A DNA stretch of 64,000 bases from Lama glama (lineage: Eukaryota), in contig CM052817.1 of assembly GCA_028534125.1 (NCBI GenBank), positions 12,712,001 to 12,776,000 of the forward strand, given 5' to 3'. Positions within the stretch are counted from its first letter, which is position 1. Every line of letters begins with the position of its first letter. A program made the position numbers and the translations under genes. Below are positions 25,141-35,908 of the stretch, one piece after another. The notes beneath the pieces are model-generated. The model had not been told where the DNA came from. It saw only the letters and a list, made by a program, of their open reading frames with translations, and searched no databases.

Positions 25141-25549
25141 GAATAGAAGGGTCAGCAGACAAAGATTTGGGGAAAAGGGAGAAGAAAAGAAATGGATTTT
25201 CAGGAGACTGAAATATAAGTATGCATGTGGAGGCGAAGCTACTCAAACTACTCACTCCTGTTTTATATCATCTTATAATGCATACATCACTTTCACATAT
25301 GAAATGCCATTAAATAGAATAGTTTATATGGGACTGTGAGAAGGCCGGCAGGGGAATAAATCTCAGGGGGCTTATTGAAGAGCAATAAGAACTGAAGATA
25401 AATACGTCTGTGTTTTAGATACCCTGAAAGGTAGCTGGCCATGTGTCTTTCTTACAACAGAGAAAAGGGAGGCACTGGGGGATCTGAACAGGGAAATGCT
25501 GTGATAAATACAGCATTTCAGAAATGTTTTCTGAAAACCATGTAACCAA

Positions 25550-25890
25550 CCATTCATTTGTTACAGAAATGTTTATTGATCATCCTCCATATGCCAGATA
25601 CCGAGGAAGGATGAAGCTGAATATGATGTAAGAGATGTATACGCAGACAGACAACAGCACGACTATTGGGGTGAGTTAAAAAAAAGAGGCCATTATGGCA
25701 CAAATAAGGGGGGATTGATTGGTGGCAAGATAAACTGGCCTTCAGCAAGTAGATAGAGAGTGCTTCTGCAATAACTCCAATGAGAGTCCTGTGACTTACT
25801 CAAGTAGGAAAGTACCTTTAAGAGCGGGAAGAAAAGGATGGCAAGTGTAGCAGGCATTGCTAGGTACCAACTCAAGTAGACTTGCTGGCA
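25550..25890 (-). mobile_element. L2 3' end
   Basis: cattcatttg..aaatgtttattgatcatcctccatatgccagatac. Confidence 0.6.
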
Positions 25891-26639
25891 GAATACTGGT
25901 TCGCTTGGGATTGTAATGTGGCCAGTCCCAAAGATGAAAATATGATCTATTTAAGTCAGTCAAAACAATTCCATTCCCTTTGCCTGATATGTCCAGCCTC
26001 CCTTGAAGTTAGAGGAGGCTATGTGGGCTAATTATGGCCAAAAAGATAGTTTCAGAAATATGATGGGGGAGAGTGTGGTTCTGTTTGATAAGAGTAAAGA
26101 TAAATGAGGTATTAGATAACTGATACCTTGCAACAGATAATTGGGAGCCTAAAAAGATTCTGGCTAGAAAAATAACCTAAAATTTGTCAGATAAAATTAA
26201 ATAGCAGGAAAATATAAGCTTTTGTACCTAGGATCATTAAATAACCCCTCAAATAGTGGAGCTAGAAATTATGGCTCAATAGCAGTTGATGTGAAAATGA
26301 CATGACATTTAAAACATGACTCTAAAACTCAACATAATTTAAATTAAAATATTTATTAATTTATTCAGTAACTTATTTATCCAGACCTCATACTAGATAA
26401 TGGGCACAGTTGCACAAAAAATGAGATACTTGAAGAGCTTAAAATGTGTTGAATGAAGATGAATAAGAAAATTACTGATTACATTATGGTTGACAAATAT
26501 TTTAATCATACTGTAGTTTAAAGGTATATATGACACCTTTCCTTCAGTAGGTAAAACATGCTCTGACAAGCTTAGCAGCTATTAAGATATAATAAAAATT
26601 CACTTTTTATTTGAAGAGCAATAGACTAATATTAAATAT

Positions 26640-27430
26640 TCTTCATTCATTAATTCTAAAAAGTGTTAGTAAACACCTACTGTGTGCTAGGTACTCTGTC
26701 TCACCATGGGGCATTACGCTACTTAGAGGTCAAGAATAAGAGAAGGCATTGTAAGTTAGGAGTGATCTTCTCTCAAGGGTGTTTTAGAGCTAATTAAAGA
26801 GCAATTCAAGATGAAAAGCTTTATCAACAATGTCTAGTGTTAGTTTGAGAGATTGATTAAAAAAAGAAATGAGAGTTGACCACTGGATTTGGCAAGCTGG
26901 TAGTAATCAGAAATTTTGTTGATTTAGCAGACTGATGGGAATTAAGGAATAACAGAAGACAATTGGAGGTAAGAAATTGAAGGAAGCCAGCACAGGAAAA
27001 TGCTATGTGAAGTTTATATATAAAATGCACTGAGAGATGAAGATATGCCTGGAGAGACAGCTGATCTGGAAAAATTCTTCAAAATATACGATATTATAGC
27101 ACATGTATATATGGAGAGGAACAATCTAACAGAGAGGGTGAATTTGATGTTGAAAGAGGGATAAAGAATCAGTTTAAGGATAACAAGGTCTGGAATAGGT
27201 CAGATGACATGACAGGACAGTTCTTGCCTACACATGTAGTGGACGCTCTTCTAATGGAAAATAATATAGCCTATGTGAGCACTTGTAAAAGTGGGTTTGT
27301 AGCATTGGGGAAGGATAAATATGTAATCTTCTAAGAGCTATTTGCTCAGTGGAGTAAGAAGCAGGTTGTCTTCTGGGCTGAGGAAGTAGAGTGGAAGTGT
27401 TTAAAGTTTGAGGAGAAGGAAAATACTTAG
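26640..27430 (-). mobile_element. L2 fragments
   Basis: ttcattcatt..cacctactgtgtgctaggtactctg; gaccactggatttggcaa; gaggtaagaaattgaagg. Confidence 0.6.
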
Positions 27431-27439
27431 AAGAGCATT

Positions 27440-27710
27440 GTATCCATGAGGATATGCCATGTGTTGCCAAAATAACAAGCAAACCTCAGGAATCAGTGGT
27501 TTAACCCACAACGTATTTTTCACTCATGCTGAAGAACCAACCAACGTCAGTTAGCAGGGAGCCCCTTCACATTGTAGTCACCCAAAGACCAAGATCAACA
27601 GAGAATTCATCTTGATTCATTGCTACAATAACACTGACACAATAAGAAGAGAATGCATTCCTCTGTGCCCTAGCTTTAAAACCTTCTGCCTGTGCTAATT
27701 GCCATGTGGG
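27440..27710 (-). mobile_element. MLT1J-type LTR fragment
   Basis: taacaagcaaacc..tcagtggtttaa, tttcactcatgct, gtcacccaaagaccaag, tttaaaaccttctgcc. Confidence 0.65.
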
Positions 27711-29798
27711 TTAAAAAATAAGTATGGTTATGTAATATAATATGACTATTTAACTTGCACAAACTCCACTATGTGTTCTTGGTTGAATGTCATTCAAGAG
27801 GGTTGACTGCAATGTACAGCCATCATAGAATAGATACAATCAATGCGTTTTCACCAACCTATAGCAAATATCTCCATGCCATTTTCCTGATCAGTAATAC
27901 TGTTCACACTTTGTAGGTATTTGATATTTTCAATTGAAATTTTGGATTGATTTTTCACTCTAAACTTTGATTTTAGAATCTATTCCGGAGTTAAAATATA
28001 ATTGAACATAAGATCCTCTACCTTGAGCTAATAATGGTCTAGATCTCAATATTATTTGATCAAAATATTTAATTCAGAAAATCTTCAAAAGAACATTAGT
28101 GACAAGCAGTTAATTTAAAAGCTAGAGTTTTCCTTCTCAAATAGCACATTTTATTTATTTCTACATCCAAATTCTTACCACTGGGCAGGCTGCTCACCAA
28201 GTTCCTCATAGATTTCAAATTCCACAAGATTAGAAGAAAATAATTTGTGTATCTACTAAAGGGTAAAATATAATCTACTGGTCTCTACCAGCAGCAAACC
28301 AAGGCAGACTTAGGGCCTGTTGTCAGTATGGAGTATTTCAATTAAAGGAAAGAGTATTTCTTAGAGAAATGTGTTCTTATATCAGAGAGAACTCAAAACT
28401 CAAAGTAAATAGCTTTAGGAATTGGCTTTCAAGTAGAGAAACAGAGACAAGTGTATATGGCCTATAACTCAATGAGGGAGGAGAATGGGAACCACCTAAA
28501 TCATGTGAAGCATATGATTTTTATATCATAGAGGGAATACATTTTAAAAAGGTGATCCATGTATACAGAAAACACATACACAATGACAATTTTTTTTTTG
28601 CCAGGTAAATCATTAAGTCACTGAGCACAGAGATTAATCTCTCATGGGAAGTATTGGAACCTCAGTTACCTGAACAAGTTAAAGCTGAACCAACCTCAGT
28701 GACATTTTACATCAGCCCACGGACAGGGCTCAGACAGGAAGGCGTAGCCAGTGGATTATTAACTGATTCACTTACCACTGCCTCTATGAAATGAATCCAC
28801 AGAGACAAAAGCACTGTGGTCCCAAATATTATCTATTTGACTATTTCAAATAAAGGATTCTTTTCCTCACCTTCTCAGGGTAGGAAGAGATTCTGTGAAA
28901 ATAAACAAAGAAAGGATAGTGCTTACAGATATGATGGCATCTGTAACCAAACAGAGTGGGAAAAACCCCGTGTGTGTGAACAGACTGTCAAGTAATTGGT
29001 AGGAGAACATAGCTGGTAAGTGATTAAAAAAATAATACTAGGAAGGTAAGTAAAAATCCTTGAACTGAATTTACTCCAATTGCTGAAAGAACCTTGTATT
29101 ATAAAGCCAAGGTCAAAAGCAAATTGAAGAAATGAATGTTTCCTGTTTAAGTTCATCAGTAAAAGCGTCAAACCTGGGCGTAGTCATTGGGAAGCTAGAG
29201 CCAGTCAGCTAGAATGCCTGCCTACATTGATCAGCCTAATCAAATGATGGCTTCACTGGCTCAGCTCTGTCTCCCTGACAGTAGAAGAATGCTCAGGGAG
29301 ACTATCACAGCTCTTCAGACAACGCTCTAAAGAGTCCCAAGTATTTACTATATTGTCCTCTTGATCAGTATGTGTGATGAGCCCCCCAGCCTCTGAGCAC
29401 TGATGAGTGTCCTGTCACACAGTCATGTTCTTTCACCACCAGCCCCGCTCTTCTTTCTGTTAGAAACCAGCTGCATCTTAATCTACTTAAGAAAGAAAAA
29501 TAATGTTAGGGGTTAAGAATAAAGTTTTAAATTCTAGATACCCAATAACTCATATTTTTATATTTTGAAGAGACTCTGGGCCCTGCCTGTTTTCTTGATG
29601 CCACCACAATGCTTTAGAACAACACAAAAATGTATTTTTAAAAAGTGAAACCAAGAGATCAAATAAATTGAAATAATAAAAATTTGAATAGTGTAGTAAG
29701 TTGCTACTGAGGACAGCCTAATGCTACAAGGGGAATGACATCACCTTCACTACTTAGGATGCAGGTTGTTGTTCCACAGCTTGAAGCCTACCACACAC

Positions 29799-30157
29799 TT
29801 TCTTAGTCTGTCTGGGATGCTATAACCAGAAATACAAAAGACCGTCTGGCTTTGACATTTATTTCTTATTGTTCTGGAGGCTGGAAAGTCCCAGATCGAA
29901 GTGCTGGAAAATGCAGTCGCTGGTGAGAGCCTGCTTCCTGGTTCGTAGACAACCACCTTCTCACTGTGTCCTCATGTGGCAGGAGGGTGTGGGCTCTCCC
30001 TGGGGTCTCTTTCAAAAAGGGCACTAACCTCATTCATGAGCGGTCTGGCCTCATGACCTAATCAACTCTCACAGACCCCACCTCCTAACATCATCACACT
30101 GGGGGCTAGAATGTGAGCATAAAAATCTGGGAGACAACAAAGATTCAGTCTATAACA
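29799..30157 (-). mobile_element. MLT1A/A0 MaLR solo LTR
   Basis: tcttagtctg..gctataac, gttctggaggctggaaagtcc, tggtgagagcctgcttcctgg, cctcatgacctaatca, attcagtctataaca. Confidence 0.9.
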
Positions 30158-30196
30158 TATTGCAAAACACTACCTTGAGAAAAATTATATTGATGA

Positions 30197-30225
30197 TTTT
30201 TTTAAATTGAAGTATAGTCAGTTAC
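30197..30225 (-). mobile_element. Ultra-truncated L1 3'-terminus insertion (~29 nt)
   Basis: Reverse complement gtaactgactatacttcaatttaaaaaaa matches the end of the L1 at ~55353-55382. Flanked by tatattgat at 30186-30194 and 30226-30234. Confidence 0.75.
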
Positions 30226-32344
30226 TATATTGATAAAATTTTGATTTGAATTATCATGTTTTAAAGCGAACTCTAATAATACATAAAGTGGCTCTTGGAA
30301 TGGAAGAGAAGATAAATGAACGATGTAGTCTGTGGTGTTAAGAGGTATAAAAAGTGCTTCTCCTGTTGTGGGTGAAAGAAAAACTAAAGAGAAAAAGAGA
30401 AGTCATTGGCCATCCACCAAAATCTAACCCTGAAAGTTTGGCGTTTCCAAAAATCTGATATGCCGTTTCCCAGAGCAATATGAGGTTTGAAAATGAGATG
30501 ATTGTGCCTGGAGAGGAAATGGGTGTGGGTTTTGTGGCTTCCAGACAGTGGAAGGGAAAATCATTGTGTCTCAGGCCAGGATCGTGTTTTCTCAGGCTTG
30601 GGGATGTTGATGGGACTTAGACAAAGACAAGAAGACAACCTAATTATCAGCCTTTTATCTCTCCTCCTTCAGGTCCATCCACAAGCAGTTGGGCGTGGAG
30701 GAAGGCAGAAGGGGAAGTAAAGGGGTCATCTTTTAACGTCTCGAAACCCGATTCAAAATGTCATACAAGCAGCTAAGAGGGATAGAGAGAAAGGAAGTCT
30801 ACTGGAGTTTACGGAAAGTGGAAGAGGAAGGGAGTCTTTGAAAAGCCATCATAATAATCAGTAATCCATCCGACACCTGGCAAGGAGGTACATCGGTGGG
30901 GGGCAACCGAGATGAGGAACAGAACTTTGATTTCTACTTTTTCTCTGATGGTGTATGTTTAGCACCTACATTTTAAACACAGGAAGATCTTTGGGAATTC
31001 ACTCTTCTCCAAGAGTTTGTTTCGTGGGATACAGGAAACATCTGGCGTAAGATCAAGTGGGTTTAATGGCCGCCCAGACAACTGGTGGTTATATTGTCTT
31101 GTTATGGATCTATAATGAGTAGTTAAAATTCGTTTGAGGGTTCCCTAAATGTATGTGACTATGCGAGCTTTTCTCAGAATCTAGCCTGAAGCAAGACAAA
31201 ATGTATCTCAAAACACATGTCAGACAAGGGAACAGAATCCTAAACTAACTACCTATAGTGAAAGACTAATTTATTAAAGTTAAAGGGAACTTTCAATGTA
31301 TTAGAATTACTAAAATGAAGTTATTTATTTCAACATGCTTTGTAATATTATGAGAAATACCTCTGTTAATTAAACTTAGTCTATTTCTTTATTTCCTAGT
31401 TTCAGGTAACCTATAGCAAATTAAGTCAGAAATCAAGATAATTTCCAAAATGCCTTTAAGATGGCCCTTTGAGGACCCATCTTTTTAACCCTGTGTGAGG
31501 ATAATTTGATAATTTGCTGGTTTATAATTAGGCCCCTTAAAAAGCCAGGATACACACGCAAGGAGGAAACAGGGCAAAGTAAAAATAACAAATATTTATT
31601 AAACACATATTTTAATAATTATGCTGTTATAGGTTAACAGCCTTAAAATACTGCATATCCTTTGATGAACTGAGCCAAAATGGATCATACACAAAATTAT
31701 TCATTACATTAGTAATAAGAAAGAAAAATTGTGATCCACTTAAGTATCCACATAGAATTCTACCCAATGATTCTGAGGTTCATGTAGTGGAACACTGTGT
31801 AGCTGATACAAATCATATGCTCAAAAATAAAGTAAGATATATATGAATAAAAGAAAGTAAGAGTATTCACTATGTAATATTAACATTACTTTTCCTTCAG
31901 AGGGTTATAAAACTATATGTAGCATGACTTCAATCTTTTGTGTGTAGATGGATGGAGAAATGGAGATGGGGCATTTACAAGAGCAGTGACGGTTCCTGCC
32001 ACACAATGCTACCAGCACAGGGTCTCTTTAGTATAATTTAGCGGGTGTTCTAACAATTGGAGGGACTTACCTTCATGAGCAGACAAAGGAAAATACAAAT
32101 TTCAGGGGGTTATAACTCAGGAATAAGTAGATGAATCTATGCAGAGTGAAATTTAAAGCCCTACAGATGAGAGGAGTTGGGTGTTGGATTGCAAGGAATT
32201 CCATTTAGAGATGAAAAGTCACATTGTTTAACCAAGATATTTGTGTAAGAAGGGATTTGTTAAACAAAGGACTGTAAAGCTTACGTTAATTAGGGACCAT
32301 AATTCATCGTTTGGTGTATTGTAAATAGTAATAAAATAACAATA

Positions 32345-32625
32345 ACACTGGCAAAAATAATAATAGCTACCTTTATTCGGTGCAGGCAGGCAGCGGTGTG
32401 AGCGTTTTGCAAGAATTAATTTACTGATGCCTCAAAGCAACCATATGGTGGTACAGAGGAGGAAACTGATACACGGGGTTTAAAATGTGTAGCTGATGAT
32501 AGATAGATGTGTGTTTAAACAGATGCGTGTGTCCACGTGTGTGTACAGCACTCGGGACTGCACACTTAGCTAGCAAGGAGGAGAACTGATACGTAGCAGC
32601 TCTGACTTCAGACTGCAGCTCTTTT
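32345..32625 (-). mobile_element. MIR SINE with an internal insertion
   Basis: aataataatagctacctttatt, acagaggaggaaactga, tctgacttcagactgcagctctt. Confidence 0.7.
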
Positions 32626-33515
32626 ATCACTTTTATCACTTTTATCTTTACCATTAAACTACGTAGACTATACTAAACACTTCTAGTTGGAAGTGGAGTT
32701 TCTAATCAGAGATATAAATAGCATTTTTGGATCTGTGTGAGTAACATGACATATGTTCGGATCTCCTAAATGAAGGAGGTTTCTCATTTCAGGAAATGGC
32801 AGAAAAAGACTAAACACATAGTAGCAAAAACTGGAGAGAAGGAACCTGCCGTTGACTTTGGGTATCTTGCTTCATCTACTTCACAGTCTCTCAGAGCTCC
32901 AGTCCTTATAGAGGTGAGCTCCCCGTCAGGGCTGGAGGAGCAGTAGGAAAAGCGGAGGGGGAGGTATCAGACAGAAGGGGGCCCAGAGCTCTGAACAATC
33001 TTTTAACAACCCAGCTTTGCCTTTTTACATGCCATGAACAACAATGCCCTGCGCAAACTTGCACTCACCCAACCCTAGTTGCTAACTTGGTTTGTGGGGC
33101 TTACATCCACAGAGCTGTATTGTATTGTATCTGTTTTTCTTGTTATCCAATCACACAGAGTATGACACAGTCGGTCATGTTGTGGTTTTAAGGCTTAAAT
33201 CAGAGTACACAGCTGTGTTCTGCTCTTATTGCTATTTGGGACATAAAGAAGTCAAGGTCAGTAAAGGACTGGTCTGGTCTAAACAGAAGACTCTACTCTT
33301 TATTCCACAGATTTCTCAGGATTAAACCATCATGAGTATAAAAATGTCAAACGCGGAGAGATAACTGCACAGTAAAATTTCAATAAATTCAAGATTTTAT
33401 TCTTTTCCCTGGTCTTCACCATTCTTTGGGAGTGAGAAAAGGGCACAAAATGGAGTGATTAAGAACTCAAGCTGCAAACAGATTGCTTTGTCCAAATTCA
33501 ATCTCCACCTCCTAT

Positions 33516-34158
33516 TGAGACAGGATGGAAGGGGGCAGGGCACAGCCATTCAAGGAATGACAGCAATTAACACCAAAATGGTGGCAAATTCAACTGCCAG
33601 TTGGCCCTGAAGATTAAGATGCTGGGAGGTTTGACTTCTAGTAGACCTTGAGCTTCATTATATGCTTATTGTAACAGCATGATCAATAACATGCCCGCAG
33701 GCACCATGACAGCCCCAAGGCTAACCACAAAAGGTCAAAGAGTGGGCAGTGGTCAAATTCCTGGGAATCCCAGCCCCTTCCCCAGGGCAGTTGGAATGGT
33801 CCCACCTGTAAGCATGTGAAGCTACAGAGCCCATAAAAACTGACACCAGCACACCTAGCTGCCCTTTTGCGCTCCCTTCTTTTCGAAGACGGCTCGCACT
33901 CTGTCTATGGAGTGTGTACCTACTTTTACTTTAACCTGAGCACCCGATTCCCACACCTCTTTCCTTGTCTTTCTCTTGCCTTACACTCTATGCAGTACGT
34001 ATCTCTCTAAATAAATCTACGTTTACTCAACTGTGGCTCGCACATGAATTCTTTCCTGCAGAAGCCAAGGACCCACACTTGGCAAGGCACGTCCCAGGGG
34101 CTCCACCAAGACCTGGGACACGGCCCTCCTCACGCCCCACATTTGTTTTCCATCATCA
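33516..34158 (+). mobile_element. ERV1-class solo LTR, MER41-like
   Basis: TG...CA termini; 4-bp TSD ctat (33512-33515 and 34159-34162); TATA-like cataaaa near 33832; AATAAA at 34010-34015. Homologous to the adjacent LTR. Confidence 0.85.
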
Positions 34159-34229
34159 CTATCAGAAGTCATTTTTAGGGTCTCTACCTAGCCTCTCTGT
34201 GCATCTGGTCTATGAAATGGGGATAGTGA

Positions 34230-34826
34230 TGTTACTGGAAAATAGGTTCTTGTCTCATGCAAGAAAGAATTCAGGAGCGAGGTTTAGTAAAGTGAAAGTA
34301 TATTTACTGAGGGAAATACATACTCCATAGACAGAACGTGGTCTGTCTCACTCAGAACAGAGAGCTGCTTAGGAGATAGACATTTCATAGGCAGAATATG
34401 GGCCATCTCAGAAGTCAAGAGGAAGAGAGACCATGAGGTGTGGGAGTGTCTCATTTAAAGTAAAAGCAGATACACACACCATAGACAGAGTGCAGGCCAT
34501 CTCAGAAGGCAAGAAAGAGAGTGACCACAAGATACATGGTCGTTAGTTTTTATGAACTGAGTAATTTCATATGCTAACGAGTAGGAGAATTATTCCAACT
34601 ATGTTGGGGAAGGGGCAGAGATTTCCAGGAATTGGGCTTCCCACCCACTTTTGGACCTTTTATGGTCAGCCTAGGAACTGTCATGGCGCCTGTGGGTGTG
34701 CCATGAGGTTCAAGGTCTACTGGAAGTCAAACCTTCTGCCCTCTTGGTTCTAACCAGTTTCTCCAGTCCTCAATTGCTGTGTAATTCCTTCAATGGTTGT
34801 GTCTTGCCCCCTTCCCTCCTATCTCA
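34230..34826 (-). mobile_element. ERV1-class solo LTR, MER41-like, same family as 33516-34158
   Basis: TG...CA termini; 4-bp TSD gtga (34226-34229 and 34827-34830). Reverse complement starts TGAGATAGGAGGGAAGGGGGCAAGACACAACCATT versus TGAGACAGGATGGAAGGGGGCAGGGCACAGCCATT in the first LTR. Confidence 0.85.
34623..34631. promoter_or_regulatory. GAS (STAT) motif TTCCAGGAA within the LTR
   Basis: Exact TTCNNNGAA match. Function untested. Confidence 0.4.
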
Positions 34827-35264
34827 GTGATACCAGCTAATTCATTGAGCTGTTTAAGAATAAAGTTAGTTAGCCCACGTAAAGTACTTAGAGTTGTACC
34901 CCGGTATTCAGCACATAGTAGATGCTCCCAATATGGTGGTATTATAACTTATTCCAGGGAACATTTTAATGGAGGCCTTCATCTTGGCTTAGTCATAGAT
35001 GATATAATTTGGATTAAAAAGGACCCTTTTCTAATCCTCTAGAAACCTGGCTTCCTCATAAGAAGGTGCATCCTGTTCTTGGAGGCAAGAAGAAATGATG
35101 ACGTGTGAATTAAAGAAAGATTGTACAGAGATTTCCAATGATTTTGTTTTTCTGTGGTTCCTGGTAGTAAAACCAGTCCAGACATTGTAGAATTATGGAG
35201 AGAAATATAAATGACAGATGATAGAAAGGGATTTTAGCCAAGGCACTAAATAACAGTTTGCAAT

Positions 35265-35480
35265 TATAGACTGCTTAGTTTAGAGCAGTTACTCTTAAAA
35301 GCACTTTATGGGAATTAAATTGTTTAATGCTCACAGTATGGCTCTACCAGTGGGTTTTAAACATTTTATGAATTAGAAAATTATGAGAAAGAGAAGTAAA
35401 ATGACTTACTTAAGTTTACACAGATGGAAGCAGAGCCAGATTTCTAATCAAGAAGGACTGAACCAGAGCTTATCACCCCT
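35265..35480 (-). mobile_element. MIR SINE
   Basis: aagcactttat..tttaatgctcaca, agagaagtaaaatgactt, gcagagccagattt. Confidence 0.65.
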
Positions 35481-35664
35481 AGTTCTGTTGCTTCTTTTTG
35501 CTTGCCAGTGCAATTAAAATCAGTGGAAATATCTAGAAAAATTAATATGCCATCAAGGTCTAGTGGAGCTCTGAGATCACAAAATATGAGTCATTCCTCA
35601 CGTAGAGTATGTAAAACTGATATTATAAAAAGAAAACTAAGACATTAAAATGCATAGAGTCCCC

Positions 35665-35908
35665 CCAAATTCCAGAAATTTCCACAAAGCAAAACTTGAA
35701 TATATCATGAGCTGGCAATTATTTACGTATCATTTAGATTGTATTAGGTATTATAATTAATCTAGAGATAATTGAAAGTATGCCAAAGGATGTGCATAGA
35801 TTCTATGCAAACACTAAGTCATTTTATGTAAGTGATTTGATCATCTGCAGATTTTGGTGTCTGCGAGGTATCTTGAAATCAATTCCCTAAAGATACCAAA
35901 GGATGACA
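35665..35908. mobile_element. MER2/MER2B (TcMar-Tigger) fragment
   Basis: aagcaaaacttgaat, ttgtattaggtattataattaatctagagat, tctgcagattttggtgtctgcg, gataccaaaggatgac. Confidence 0.85.

Larger units (their letters stand above)
33450..34945 (+). mobile_element. Single MIR split into three pieces by two LTRs (33450-33515, 34159-34229, 34827-34945)
   Basis: Pieces join in MIR order: gtgattaagaac..tccacc | cctctctgtgc..ctatgaaatggggatagtga | tacc..gtaaagtacttaga..gcacatagtagatgctc. Confidence 0.75.
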
